From assembly GCA_048938105.1 (NCBI GenBank), contig JBHLMN010000002.1, positions 32,001 to 96,000 on the forward strand: 64,000 nucleotides of DNA, in the 5' to 3' direction. The position numbers and the translations under genes are program-made. Below the pieces are notes generated by a model. That model saw only the letters and a list, made by a program, of their open reading frames with translations, did not search any database and had not been told where the DNA came from. Numbering within the stretch: the first letter of the stretch is position 1; the number at the start of each line of letters is the position of its first letter. Shown here piece after piece: positions 8,751-18,395 of this stretch. This stretch comes from Promethearchaeota archaeon (lineage in GTDB: Archaea; Asgardarchaeota; Heimdallarchaeia; Hodarchaeales; Hodarchaeaceae).

Positions 8751-11700
8751 ATGGAAAATGTCGGAGCAGTTTTAGTAGTAGGTGGGGGTATCGGAGGAAC
8801 TCAGGCGGCATTAGATTTATCTATGTCTGGCTATAAAGTATATCTACTTGAGTCTTCTACTAGTATTGGAGGAGTAATGGCCCAATTAGACAAAACATTT
8901 CCTACGAATGATTGCTCTATGTGCATTCTCTCACCAAAATTAGTTGAAGCAGGTCGTGCTCGGAATATTGACCTGATTATTAATGCAAAAATAGAAAAAG
9001 TGGAAGGTGAGGCTGGAAATTTCCAAATAACAATTTTTAAGCGCTCTCTCTACATAAATGAAGAAAAATGTACTGGATGTGGGGTATGTGCTTCTGAATG
9101 CCCTGTTGAAGCTATAGACCTCTTCAATGAAGGATTAGGAAAGATAAAAGCTATTTCAGTCAAGTATCCCCAAGCTGTTCCTTTAGTGTTTGCAATTAAT
9201 CACGAGAACTGTATTGGATGTGGAGTATGTGAAGGAGTTTGTAAAGCTGGAGCAGTTGAATACGACCAAGAAGATAGAATAATCGTTTTAAATGTTGGCG
9301 CAATCATTCTCGCTTTAGGTTATGATGAGTTCAATCCAACAGCTTTGAAACAATATGGCTATGGGAAATTCAAAAATGTTATTACCAGTATCGAGTTTGA
9401 GCGAATCCTAAGTGCGAGTGGGCCTTATGCAGGGAAAGTCCTGAGACCATCTGATGGAGATATACCAGAAAAGGTCGCATTTCTCCAATGTGTGGGATCC
9501 CGAGATTGCAATGTCGAGAAAGAATATTGTTCTTCCGTTTGTTGTATGTACACAGCTAAAGAAGCTGTGATTGCTAAGGAGCACCAGCAAGAGGTGAATC
9601 CAACTATTTTTTACATGGATATTCGGGCTTATGGCAAAGATTTTGATAAATACATAGATCGAGCGAGAGAGGAATACGGTGTACGCTATATCCAAAGTCG
9701 AATTTCATCAATCCAAGAGATTCACAACACAAAAGATTTGAAATTAGTGTATGAAAACATGAAAGGAGAGGTTGTGGAAGAGATTTTTAACATGGTTGTC
9801 TTAGCTGTGGGTTTGGATGCTCCCCGCGATGCTTTGGAGTTAGCTAAGGTAATGGGAATTTCCCTGAACAAATTCGGATTTGCCCAACCAGATCCTCTTA
9901 CTCCAGTCAGAACCATTAAACAAGGTGTTTATGTTTGTGGTGCCTTTGCTTCCCCAAAAGACATCCCCGAAACTGTAACTGAAGCAAGCGCGGCTGCTGG
10001 TGAAGTGAATGTTCTCTTGTCAGATGCGAGAAACAAGTTAATTGTTAAAAAAGAGTATCCTGAAGAAATAGAAGTTCAAAATCAACCACCACGGCTTGGT
10101 GTGTTCATTTGTCATTGTGGGATTAATATTGGAGGTGTGGTTGATGTCCCAGCGGTAACAGAGTATGCTAGCAAGTTACCAAACGTGGTATTAGCCGATC
10201 AGAACTTGTACACGTGTTCAGCTGATACTCAAGAGATTATCAAAGACAAAATTTTGGAGAATGGGCTTAACCGAGTGGTCGTTGCCTCTTGTACACCCCG
10301 TACTCACGAACCAATGTTTCAAGAAACAATTAGGGAGGCTGGGCTGAATCCTTATCTCTTTCAAATGACCAATATTCGTGACCAAGATTCGTGGGTACAT
10401 ATGCATGAGCCTGAAGCGGCTACAGAGAAGGCGAAGGATCTGGTACGAATGGCCGTAGCGGCAGCACGAAACCTAGAACCTTTACAGCGTCAAAAAATCA
10501 AAATGACTAAGAAAGTGCTAGTGATTGGAGGTGGGGTCTCTGGATTAAATGCTGCTCTTGCTTTTGGGGAACAGGGGTTTGAAACCTATTTAGTTGAGCG
10601 TGAAAAAGAACTGGGTGGTTTTGCCAGGAATATTTTTACTACATTGGAAGGAAAAAATGTCCAAAAATATCTTACTGATATAGTCCACAAAGTGAAATCC
10701 AACGATAAAATTCAGATATTCACGGATACAACGATCAAGAGTATTGAAGGTTATGTTGGAAACTTCAGGACGACCGTGATGCACAATCCCAATGGGAATG
10801 AAAGCGAGCTCGAGCATGGGGTGGTAATTGTTGCAACAGGAGCAAAAGAATATCAACCTAAGGAGTACATGTTTGGTGAAGACCCGCGTGTAATCCTACA
10901 ATCACGTTTTGAGAAATTAGTGCATACTGACCCAGATCAACTAAAACAGAAGAAGACCATAGTCATGATTCAATGTGTTGGGTCTAGGAATGCGGAACAC
11001 CCCTATTGTAGTCGTGTCTGTTGCGTGGAAGCCATTAAAAACGCCTTAAAAATGAAAAAAACAAATCCTAGTGTGAATATAGTAATCATGTTTAGAGATA
11101 TCCGTACCTATGGTTTCAAAGAATTATATTACCGAAAAGCAAGAGAGGCAGGAGTTGTTTTCATCCAATTTGAAAAGGAAAGTTATCCTGAGATTATATC
11201 TAAAAATGAATGCTTATCAGTAACTGTAAAAAACCCAAAACTTGGAATTATTTCCGTGGATGCTAATCTCGTTGTGTTAAGTACTGGAATCGTTGCATGG
11301 GAGGAAAATGAGGATCTTGCTAAGATGTTGAAAGTACCAATAAACGATGATAATTTCTTCCTAGAAGCACATGTAAAATTACGCCCTGTGGACTTCGCAA
11401 CAGAGGGGGTATTTCTAGCAGGAATGGCACACGCTCCGAAATTTATTGAGAACTCAATTGCACAGGCTTTAGCAACTGTTTCAAGAGCTTGTATTTATCT
11501 CTCAAAAGACTCAATTGAAGCAGAAGGTAGTACCTCATTTGTTGATGAAGAAATTTGCGTGGGTTGTGGTGTTTGTTACGAAATCTGTTCCTATAATGCT
11601 ATTTTCCTAAAAGAAGAAGATGGCAAAGCCTGTGTAAATGATGTTTTATGTAAGGGATGCGGACTTTGTGCCGCAAGTTGCCCTGAGAAAGCAATAACAA

Positions 11701-11765
11701 TAAAACATTTCACAAATGATATGATATTAGCTCAAATTTCAGCATTAGGAGGGATATCTCAATGA
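8751..11765 (+). CDS. hdrA: Long (two-FAD-domain) HdrA-like polyferredoxin flavoprotein, copy 1
   Basis: Two GxGxxG domains, DKTFPTNDC, two QCVGSR..YCSxVCC motifs, internal CHCGINI domain and multiple CxxCxxC motifs. Confidence 0.92.
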   Translation: MENVGAVLVVGGGIGGTQAALDLSMSGYKVYLLESSTSIGGVMAQLDKTFPTNDCSMCILSPKLVEAGRARNIDLIINAKIEKVEGEAGNFQITIFKRSLYINEEKCTGCGVCASECPVEAIDLFNEGLGKIKAISVKYPQAVPLVFAINHENCIGCGVCEGVCKAGAVEYDQEDRIIVLNVGAIILALGYDEFNPTALKQYGYGKFKNVITSIEFERILSASGPYAGKVLRPSDGDIPEKVAFLQCVGSRDCNVEKEYCSSVCCMYTAKEAVIAKEHQQEVNPTIFYMDIRAYGKDFDKYIDRAREEYGVRYIQSRISSIQEIHNTKDLKLVYENMKGEVVEEIFNMVVLAVGLDAPRDALELAKVMGISLNKFGFAQPDPLTPVRTIKQGVYVCGAFASPKDIPETVTEASAAAGEVNVLLSDARNKLIVKKEYPEEIEVQNQPPRLGVFICHCGINIGGVVDVPAVTEYASKLPNVVLADQNLYTCSADTQEIIKDKILENGLNRVVVASCTPRTHEPMFQETIREAGLNPYLFQMTNIRDQDSWVHMHEPEAATEKAKDLVRMAVAAARNLEPLQRQKIKMTKKVLVIGGGVSGLNAALAFGEQGFETYLVEREKELGGFARNIFTTLEGKNVQKYLTDIVHKVKSNDKIQIFTDTTIKSIEGYVGNFRTTVMHNPNGNESELEHGVVIVATGAKEYQPKEYMFGEDPRVILQSRFEKLVHTDPDQLKQKKTIVMIQCVGSRNAEHPYCSRVCCVEAIKNALKMKKTNPSVNIVIMFRDIRTYGFKELYYRKAREAGVVFIQFEKESYPEIISKNECLSVTVKNPKLGIISVDANLVVLSTGIVAWEENEDLAKMLKVPINDDNFFLEAHVKLRPVDFATEGVFLAGMAHAPKFIENSIAQALATVSRACIYLSKDSIEAEGSTSFVDEEICVGCGVCYEICSYNAIFLKEEDGKACVNDVLCKGCGLCAASCPEKAITIKHFTNDMILAQISALGGISQ
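10128..11023 (+). repeat. ~896-bp direct repeat, copy 1 (partner 13136..14031)
   Basis: Side-by-side reading at offset 3008 showed no mismatches in the parts compared. Both the protein translations and the antisense ORFs (10218/13226, 10590/13598) are identical. Confidence 0.9.
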
Positions 11766-14764
11766 GTATAGGAGCAGTCTTGATCGTCGGAGGAGGTATT
11801 GGGGGAACACAAGCTGCATTGGATTTAAATGAATCAGGATTTAAAGTTTACATAGCTGAAACCACTACGAGTATTGGAGGTGTGATGGCTCAGCTTGACA
11901 AAACTTTCCCAACGAATGACTGCGCAATGTGCATTGTATCTCCAAAATTGGTCGAAGCAGGACGTGCACAGAACATTGAATTAATGATTAATTGTGATAT
12001 AGAAAAAATCGAGGGAGAGGCGGGTAATTTCCAAGTTACTCTTAATAAGCGAGCCCTTTTTGTGAATCAAGATAAATGTACTGGTTGCGCTATCTGTGCA
12101 ACAAAATGCCCAGTAGAAGCCATTGATTTTTTCAATGAGGGTCTTGCAAAAGTAAAAGCTACTTCCATTAAATATCCACAAGCTGTGCCATTAGTATTTT
12201 CAATTGATAATAAGAAATGCATAGGATGTGGTATCTGTTTCAGAATGTGTAAAGCTAATGCAATTGAATACAACCAAAGGGATGAAAAGATTATACTAAA
12301 CATTGGAGCTGTGATTCTAGCCCCAGGATTTGATGAATTCAATCCAACAATTTTGAAACAATATGGTTATGGAAAATTCAAAAATGTCATTACCAGTATC
12401 GAGTTTGAGCGAATCCTAAGTGCGAGTGGGCCTTATGGAGGGAATGTCCTAAGACCATCTGATGGGGATATTCCAGAAAAGGTGGCATTCTTACAATGCG
12501 TAGGATCAAGGGATTGTACAATTGAGAAGGAATATTGTTCATCAGTTTGTTGCATGTACACTGCAAAAGAAGCCGTAATTGCCAAGGAACACCAAAAAGA
12601 AGTGAATCCTACTATCTTTTACATGGATATTCGGGCTTATGGTAAAGATTTTGATAAATACATTGAACGGGCAAAAGAAGAATATGGAGTTCGTTACATC
12701 CAAAGTCGGATATCCTCGATTCAAGAGATTCCAGAGACTTGTGACCTAAAAATAACGTATGAAAACGAAAAGGGGGAAGTATTGGAAGAAATTTTCAATA
12801 TGGTTGTGCTAGCAGTCGGATTAGATGCTCCCCAGGAGGCCCAAAAAATTGCACGACTAATGGATATTGAATTAAATAAATATGGTTTTGTTGCACCAAA
12901 TAATTTTGCTCCTGTTGGAACAAATAAACAAGGTGTTTATGTTTGTGGTGCCTTTGCTTCCCCAAAAGACATCCCCGAAACCGTAACTGAAGCAAGCGCG
13001 GCTGCTGGTGAAGTGAATGTACTACTATCTAAAGCAAGGGGTCAATTAATCACTAAAAAAGAATATCCTGAAGAAATAGATGTCATTAATCTACCCCCTC
13101 GAATTGGTGTATTCATTTGTCATTGTGGGATTAACATTGGAGGTGTGGTTGATGTCCCAGCGGTAACAGAGTATGCTAGCAAGTTACCAAACGTGGTATT
13201 AGCCGATCAGAACTTGTACACGTGTTCAGCTGATACTCAAGAGATTATCAAAGACAAAATTTTGGAGAATGGGCTTAACCGAGTGGTCGTTGCCTCTTGT
13301 ACACCCCGTACTCACGAACCAATGTTTCAAGAAACAATTAGGGAGGCTGGGCTGAATCCTTATCTCTTTCAAATGACCAATATTCGTGACCAAGATTCGT
13401 GGGTACATATGCATGAGCCTGAAGCGGCTACAGAGAAGGCGAAGGATCTGGTACGAATGGCCGTAGCGGCAGCACGAAACCTAGAACCTTTACAGCGTCA
13501 AAAAATCAAAATGACTAAGAAAGTGCTAGTGATTGGAGGTGGGGTCTCTGGATTAAATGCTGCTCTTGCTTTTGGGGAACAGGGGTTTGAAACCTATTTA
13601 GTTGAGCGTGAAAAAGAACTGGGTGGTTTTGCCAGGAATATTTTTACTACATTGGAAGGAAAAAATGTCCAAAAATATCTTACTGATATAGTCCACAAAG
13701 TGAAATCCAACGATAAAATTCAGATATTCACGGATACAACGATCAAGAGTATTGAAGGTTATGTTGGAAACTTCAGGACGACCGTGATGCACAATCCCAA
13801 TGGGAATGAAAGCGAGCTCGAGCATGGGGTGGTAATTGTTGCAACAGGAGCAAAAGAATATCAACCTAAGGAGTACATGTTTGGTGAAGACCCGCGTGTA
13901 ATCCTACAATCACGTTTTGAGAAATTAGTGCATACTGACCCAGATCAACTAAAACAGAAGAAGACCATAGTCATGATTCAATGTGTTGGGTCTAGGAATG
14001 CGGAACACCCCTATTGTAGTCGTGTCTGTTGTGTGGAAGCCATTAAAAACGCCTTGAAAATGAAATCATTGAATCCTGATATAAACATCGTAATTCTCTA
14101 CAGAGACATTCGAACATATGGTTTCAAGGAGCTATATTATCAAGAAGCACGTCACAAAGGAATATTGTTTATCCAATTCAAAAAAGGAAAGGAACCGCGA
14201 GTAGAGGAAAATAATGGTAAATTAAGGGTTGTTGTGGATAATACAAGGTTAGGAGAAATTTTAATTGATACTGACCTTTTAGTTTTGAGCGTAGGAATAG
14301 TTGCACGAGAAGACAATAAAGAATTAGCAACAATGTTGAAAGTCCCTTTAAACGACGATCATTTTTACTTAGAAGCGCATGTGAAACTACGTCCTGTGGA
14401 TTTTGCAACAGAGGGAGTATTTTTAGCAGGATTAGCTCATTCACCAAAGTATATCGAAAATTGCATCGCTCAATCCCTTGCAACGGTTTCAAGAGCATGT
14501 ACTTTGTTAACACTTGATACAATAGAGTCTGAAGGCAAAATCTCAGTTGTTAATAGCATTCGGTGTATGGGATGTGGTCTGTGTGTATCTGTGTGCGCAT
14601 ATAATGCGATTTCAATCAATGAAGAGGATGGAAAAGCCTATATCAATGAGGCCTTATGTAAAGGTTGTGGTGCTTGTTCTGCCACATGTAGATGTTCTGC
14701 AATTGACGTATTAGGTTTCACAGACCAACAAATCAATAATATGATTTTCACCAAGGAGTATTAA
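11762..14764 (+). CDS. hdrA: Long HdrA-like flavoprotein, copy 2 (tandem paralog)
   Basis: Same architecture as 8751..11765; 4-nt overlap with copy 1. Confidence 0.92.
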   Translation: MSIGAVLIVGGGIGGTQAALDLNESGFKVYIAETTTSIGGVMAQLDKTFPTNDCAMCIVSPKLVEAGRAQNIELMINCDIEKIEGEAGNFQVTLNKRALFVNQDKCTGCAICATKCPVEAIDFFNEGLAKVKATSIKYPQAVPLVFSIDNKKCIGCGICFRMCKANAIEYNQRDEKIILNIGAVILAPGFDEFNPTILKQYGYGKFKNVITSIEFERILSASGPYGGNVLRPSDGDIPEKVAFLQCVGSRDCTIEKEYCSSVCCMYTAKEAVIAKEHQKEVNPTIFYMDIRAYGKDFDKYIERAKEEYGVRYIQSRISSIQEIPETCDLKITYENEKGEVLEEIFNMVVLAVGLDAPQEAQKIARLMDIELNKYGFVAPNNFAPVGTNKQGVYVCGAFASPKDIPETVTEASAAAGEVNVLLSKARGQLITKKEYPEEIDVINLPPRIGVFICHCGINIGGVVDVPAVTEYASKLPNVVLADQNLYTCSADTQEIIKDKILENGLNRVVVASCTPRTHEPMFQETIREAGLNPYLFQMTNIRDQDSWVHMHEPEAATEKAKDLVRMAVAAARNLEPLQRQKIKMTKKVLVIGGGVSGLNAALAFGEQGFETYLVEREKELGGFARNIFTTLEGKNVQKYLTDIVHKVKSNDKIQIFTDTTIKSIEGYVGNFRTTVMHNPNGNESELEHGVVIVATGAKEYQPKEYMFGEDPRVILQSRFEKLVHTDPDQLKQKKTIVMIQCVGSRNAEHPYCSRVCCVEAIKNALKMKSLNPDINIVILYRDIRTYGFKELYYQEARHKGILFIQFKKGKEPRVEENNGKLRVVVDNTRLGEILIDTDLLVLSVGIVAREDNKELATMLKVPLNDDHFYLEAHVKLRPVDFATEGVFLAGLAHSPKYIENCIAQSLATVSRACTLLTLDTIESEGKISVVNSIRCMGCGLCVSVCAYNAISINEEDGKAYINEALCKGCGACSATCRCSAIDVLGFTDQQINNMIFTKEY
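13136..14031 (+). repeat. ~896-bp direct repeat, copy 2 (partner 10128..11023)
   Basis: Same evidence as copy 1. Confidence 0.9.
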
Positions 14765-14788
14765 AAGTACCAAAAAAAGGATGAAAAA

Positions 14789-15247
14789 ATGACTAAAATT
14801 ATCACCCAATCTAATTCAATAAACGAATCAAAAGATTGGGAACCAAAAATAATAGCCTTCTTATGTAATTGGTGTTCTTATGCTGGAGCAGATTTGGCTG
14901 GGGTAAGTCGAATTCAATATCCGCCTAACATACGTATAGTTAGAGTCCCCTGTTCCGGACGAATTAGTCCGTATTATATTTTAAAAAGTCTTCAAGTAGG
15001 ATGGGACGCAGTGCTTGTATCTGGCTGTCATCCTGGTGATTGTCATTATTTAACAGGTAATTTAGTAGCTCGAAGAAGGTTTGCTGTATTGAAAGATTTA
15101 TTGATTTTTATGGGAATTGAACCAGAACGGGTGAATTTTACTTGGGTTTCCGCAGCTGAAGGAGAAAGATTTGCAAAAATTATAGGAAAAGTTGTAGAGA
15201 AAGTGAAAATAGTCGGCCCCATAAGAAAGATGTTAAAAAAGCTGTGA
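14789..15247 (+). CDS. mvhD: MvhD/FlxD-like [2Fe-2S] subunit
   Basis: CNWCSYAGADLAG, PCSGR, GCHPGDCHY, WVSAAEG. Confidence 0.9.
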   Translation: MTKIITQSNSINESKDWEPKIIAFLCNWCSYAGADLAGVSRIQYPPNIRIVRVPCSGRISPYYILKSLQVGWDAVLVSGCHPGDCHYLTGNLVARRRFAVLKDLLIFMGIEPERVNFTWVSAAEGERFAKIIGKVVEKVKIVGPIRKMLKKL

Positions 15248-15325
15248 AAGGTTTAATGGATACTATTTGTAAAAAAATCCATAGAAGAAAGTGTAAATTG
15301 AAAGGAAAGGCTTTGGGAAACAAGA

Positions 15326-16291
15326 ATGGTTGATTTTGAAAGTGAAATGAAGCAACTCGCAAGAAAATTGTTGACTAGTAAGACAGTAGATAAAATAATT
15401 GGTTATCAGCAGTGTTCATCCACAAAGGAGACAATACCTCTTATTATTAATGATCCTACTTTGGTTGACAATTTAGTTTGGAATTCACTGTGTGACATCA
15501 ATTTGGCAAGGTACGTGGATAGAGCTGATAAACAATCAAAAATTGGGATTATAGCCAAGGGTTGCGTGAGTAGAGCACTTATACAATTAATTTATGAGAA
15601 ACAGATTAACAGGGATAATATTTACATTATTGGTTTGAATTGTGGAGGAATGGTTGACCAAAGGAGGATTAAAGAAGAAGTTGGAAATAAAGAAATCTTA
15701 GAATGGGAGGAAACTGAGAAAGAAATTGTTGTAAAAGGGAAGGGGTTTGAAAAGAGTTTTGCAAAAGATGAATATATGAATTATTTATGTAAAGTTTGTA
15801 AGTTTCCAGTTCCACCTATTTATGATGAATTGATTGGTGGGGATAAGCCAAAAGAGACCATAAACAAGAATTATGAGGACATCGAGGAATTTGAGGGTAA
15901 ATCCCCTGATGAAAAATGGGAATATTTCTCTAATGAATTGAAAAATTGTATCAGATGTTATGCTTGTAGACAAGCGTGTCCTTTATGTTATTGCGAGGAA
16001 TGCTTCTGTGACCAAAGTCAACCAGTTTGGTTTGGAAAATCAACAGAATTGTCTGACACTATAATTTTTCATCTTGTTAGGTCAATGCATCTTACAGGCC
16101 GTTGCGTTGCTTGTGGGGATTGTAATACTGTATGTCCTGTAGGTATAGATTTAATTCCTCTTACTAGAAAGTTAGAAAAAATCGTAAAAGAACGCTTCAA
16201 TTTTACTGTTGGCTTGGATCTTGAAAAGGTTCCTCCACTTTCTGATTTTAGAATGGATGACCAAGAAGAATTTATGGTGGAAGAGGATTAG
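15326..16291 (+). CDS. FlxC/FdhB-like 4Fe-4S dicluster protein
   Basis: CIRCYACRQACPLCYC..C, GRCVACGDCNTVCP, KGCVSRA; position within an Hdr-Flx cluster. Confidence 0.8.
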   Translation: MVDFESEMKQLARKLLTSKTVDKIIGYQQCSSTKETIPLIINDPTLVDNLVWNSLCDINLARYVDRADKQSKIGIIAKGCVSRALIQLIYEKQINRDNIYIIGLNCGGMVDQRRIKEEVGNKEILEWEETEKEIVVKGKGFEKSFAKDEYMNYLCKVCKFPVPPIYDELIGGDKPKETINKNYEDIEEFEGKSPDEKWEYFSNELKNCIRCYACRQACPLCYCEECFCDQSQPVWFGKSTELSDTIIFHLVRSMHLTGRCVACGDCNTVCPVGIDLIPLTRKLEKIVKERFNFTVGLDLEKVPPLSDFRMDDQEEFMVEED

Positions 16292-16303
16292 GAGGTGGGA
16301 ATA

Positions 16304-17371
16304 ATGCAATCTAAAATTATACTAAAAAATGAATTAAACCAAATCATAAAGAAATTAATGGATTATTACACCGTAATTGCTCCTCAAAAAGAGAAAGAAT
16401 TTTTGAAATATGGAGAACTCGCTAATGTGGAGGATATAATCCTTGATTTTCCAGGACCAAGTAAAATCCCACCAAAAAGCATTTTATTTCCACAGAAAGA
16501 AATCCTCTTTACTTTTGAGTTAAAAAATAAGAATGTTAAATTATCTGATAGTAAGACCAGTACTCAAGAAAAACCGCAAATTCTATTCGGAATTAGGCCA
16601 TGCGATACAAGAAGTCTTGCGTTACTCAAAATGTTTTTTGAATGGGGGAATTACAAAGATGTTTATTATTCTGAAAAATATAATAACTCCATTTTTATTT
16701 CCTACGCGTGTAACTCCCCTAGATCAACATGTTTCTGCACTTCAGTCAATGGTGGACCATTTAATAAGGACAACTCCGATTTGTTACTTGTGGATATCGG
16801 TAAAAAGTACGTCTTATCCAGTTTAACTGATAAGGGTGATTCGGTCTTAGAAGTACTTAGCGAATTAAAGGATGCAACCAACCAAGATCTCGAAAAGGTC
16901 AAGAGATTGGAACAAGAAGCTAAGAATTCAATGAAAAAAGTTCCAAATATTGACAAAATAAATGAAGATCTCGAAGGTATGTATGATAACGAAATTTGGG
17001 ATACCCTTAGTGAAGTTTGTCTGGGGTGTGCAACTTGTACTTTCCTATGTCCCACTTGCCATTGTTTCGATGTGTTAGACGAACGTCTTGATGAACATCA
17101 TGGTGCAAGGATTAGAATCTGGGACACTTGCCAATTCCCGTTATTCTCAAAGCATGGCTCGGGACACAATCCACGTGGTACGAAATCATCTAGATTCCGT
17201 CAACGTGTATTCCATAAGTTTAGCTATTATCCTATAAACTATGGTGTTCTTGGTTGTGTAGGATGTGGTCGATGCATAAACTATTGTCCAATGCATTCCG
17301 ACATACGGGAGGAACTCACTAGGATCGAAGAAGTAAAGAAAAATCTTCATAAAAACAAAGAAGGGACATAA
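16304..17371 (+). CDS. FlxB/AsrA/HydB-like Fe-S protein
   Basis: PPKSILFP, GIRPCD, CFCTS, CLGCATCTFLCPTCHCF, RFRQRVFHK, CVGCGRC. Start set at the ATG after the GGAGGTG RBS. Confidence 0.85.
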   Translation: MQSKIILKNELNQIIKKLMDYYTVIAPQKEKEFLKYGELANVEDIILDFPGPSKIPPKSILFPQKEILFTFELKNKNVKLSDSKTSTQEKPQILFGIRPCDTRSLALLKMFFEWGNYKDVYYSEKYNNSIFISYACNSPRSTCFCTSVNGGPFNKDNSDLLLVDIGKKYVLSSLTDKGDSVLEVLSELKDATNQDLEKVKRLEQEAKNSMKKVPNIDKINEDLEGMYDNEIWDTLSEVCLGCATCTFLCPTCHCFDVLDERLDEHHGARIRIWDTCQFPLFSKHGSGHNPRGTKSSRFRQRVFHKFSYYPINYGVLGCVGCGRCINYCPMHSDIREELTRIEEVKKNLHKNKEGT

Positions 17372-17373
17372 AA

Positions 17374-18222
17374 ATAGCTTTAGTAAAGAATCCATATATT
17401 CCAAAATTAGCTATAATCAAGGAAATTACGCACGAAAATTTAATTAAGGATTTGAAAACATTCAGACTGGTTTTTCAAAACGAGGAGGAATTCAAATCCT
17501 TTAATTACATCCCAGGCCAATTTGCTGAGATTAGTCTCTTAGGAATTGGGGAATTTCCGATTGGTATTGCATCGTCTCCCACTGAAAAAGGATATTTGCT
17601 ATTTACTGTTAAAAAAGTAGCACAAGTTACAAGCCATGTACACAATTGCACAGTAGACGATATTATAGGAATACGGGGTCCTTTTGGCAATGGGTGGCCT
17701 ATCGAAACGATGAAAGGAAAAAATGTAGTAATCGTTGGAGGAGGATTTGCATTTTCAACTTTAAGATCGATGATCGAGTACATTATCGCTGATGAGAATC
17801 GAGCTCAATTCGGAAACATTACCGTCATTTATGGAGCTCGAAATTCCCCCGAACTCTTATACGAGAATGATTTAGAACGATGGTCAAAAAGAGACGATAT
17901 GAAGTTAGTGTTAACGATTGACACTCCAGAAGAGGGATGGACAAAAAATGTTGGATATGTACCAACAATTCTCAAGGAAACAGCACCTTCATCAGAGAAT
18001 GCTATAGCATTAGTCTGTGGCCCCCCAATAATGAACAAATTCTCAATCCCTGTGTTGACTGAGCTGGGATTCTCAGATGATTTGATCATTCTCTCGTTGG
18101 AAAATCGAATGAAATGCGGTATAGGGAAGTGTGGGCATTGTAACGTCGGGAACAAGTTAGTCTGCGTAGATGGTCCCGTTTTTTCGCAAGAGAAGCTGAA
18201 AAATATGCCCAAAGAATATTGA
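17374..18222 (+). CDS. FlxA/AsrB/HydG-like FAD/NAD-binding oxidoreductase with [2Fe-2S]
   Basis: PGQF, GIRGPFGNG, GGG, YGAR, VCGPPIM, MKCGIGKCGHC..CVDGPVF. The frame is open upstream of the TTG at 17452 to an ATA at 17374, including the conserved NPYxP motif. Confidence 0.85.
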   Translation: MALVKNPYIPKLAIIKEITHENLIKDLKTFRLVFQNEEEFKSFNYIPGQFAEISLLGIGEFPIGIASSPTEKGYLLFTVKKVAQVTSHVHNCTVDDIIGIRGPFGNGWPIETMKGKNVVIVGGGFAFSTLRSMIEYIIADENRAQFGNITVIYGARNSPELLYENDLERWSKRDDMKLVLTIDTPEEGWTKNVGYVPTILKETAPSSENAIALVCGPPIMNKFSIPVLTELGFSDDLIILSLENRMKCGIGKCGHCNVGNKLVCVDGPVFSQEKLKNMPKEY

Positions 18223-18395
18223 AACCATTAGATTGGCCAGTTCTGTAGAATTTTTGCGGATTCGATGAAAAATTCATCTTCATTTCCGATTTTCGATTCA
18301 GTAAATTATTGATTAAAGGAATTATTATCGAGAGATGAAGTTAAATTCTCTAGTTTCATGTCTTCTCATTTCTTTCAATTCTGAGATGCTAACAA

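Noticed and set aside
10128-14031. Direct repeats as ends of a mobile element
   Set aside because: The repeats are internal coding parts of paralogous hdrA genes; no transposase or integrase is present.
3408-15247. Selenocysteine (UGA) recoding in HdrA/MvhD, as known for some Asgard archaea
   Set aside because: All ORFs are uninterrupted with Cys at the expected motifs. The terminal TGA codons of hdrB and mvhD fall at normal protein ends.
3408-18222. Methanogenesis or sulfate reduction inferred from hdr and asr-like genes
   Set aside because: No mcr, mtr, dsr, apr or asrC in the window; Hdr-Flx modules are common in fermentative anaerobes.
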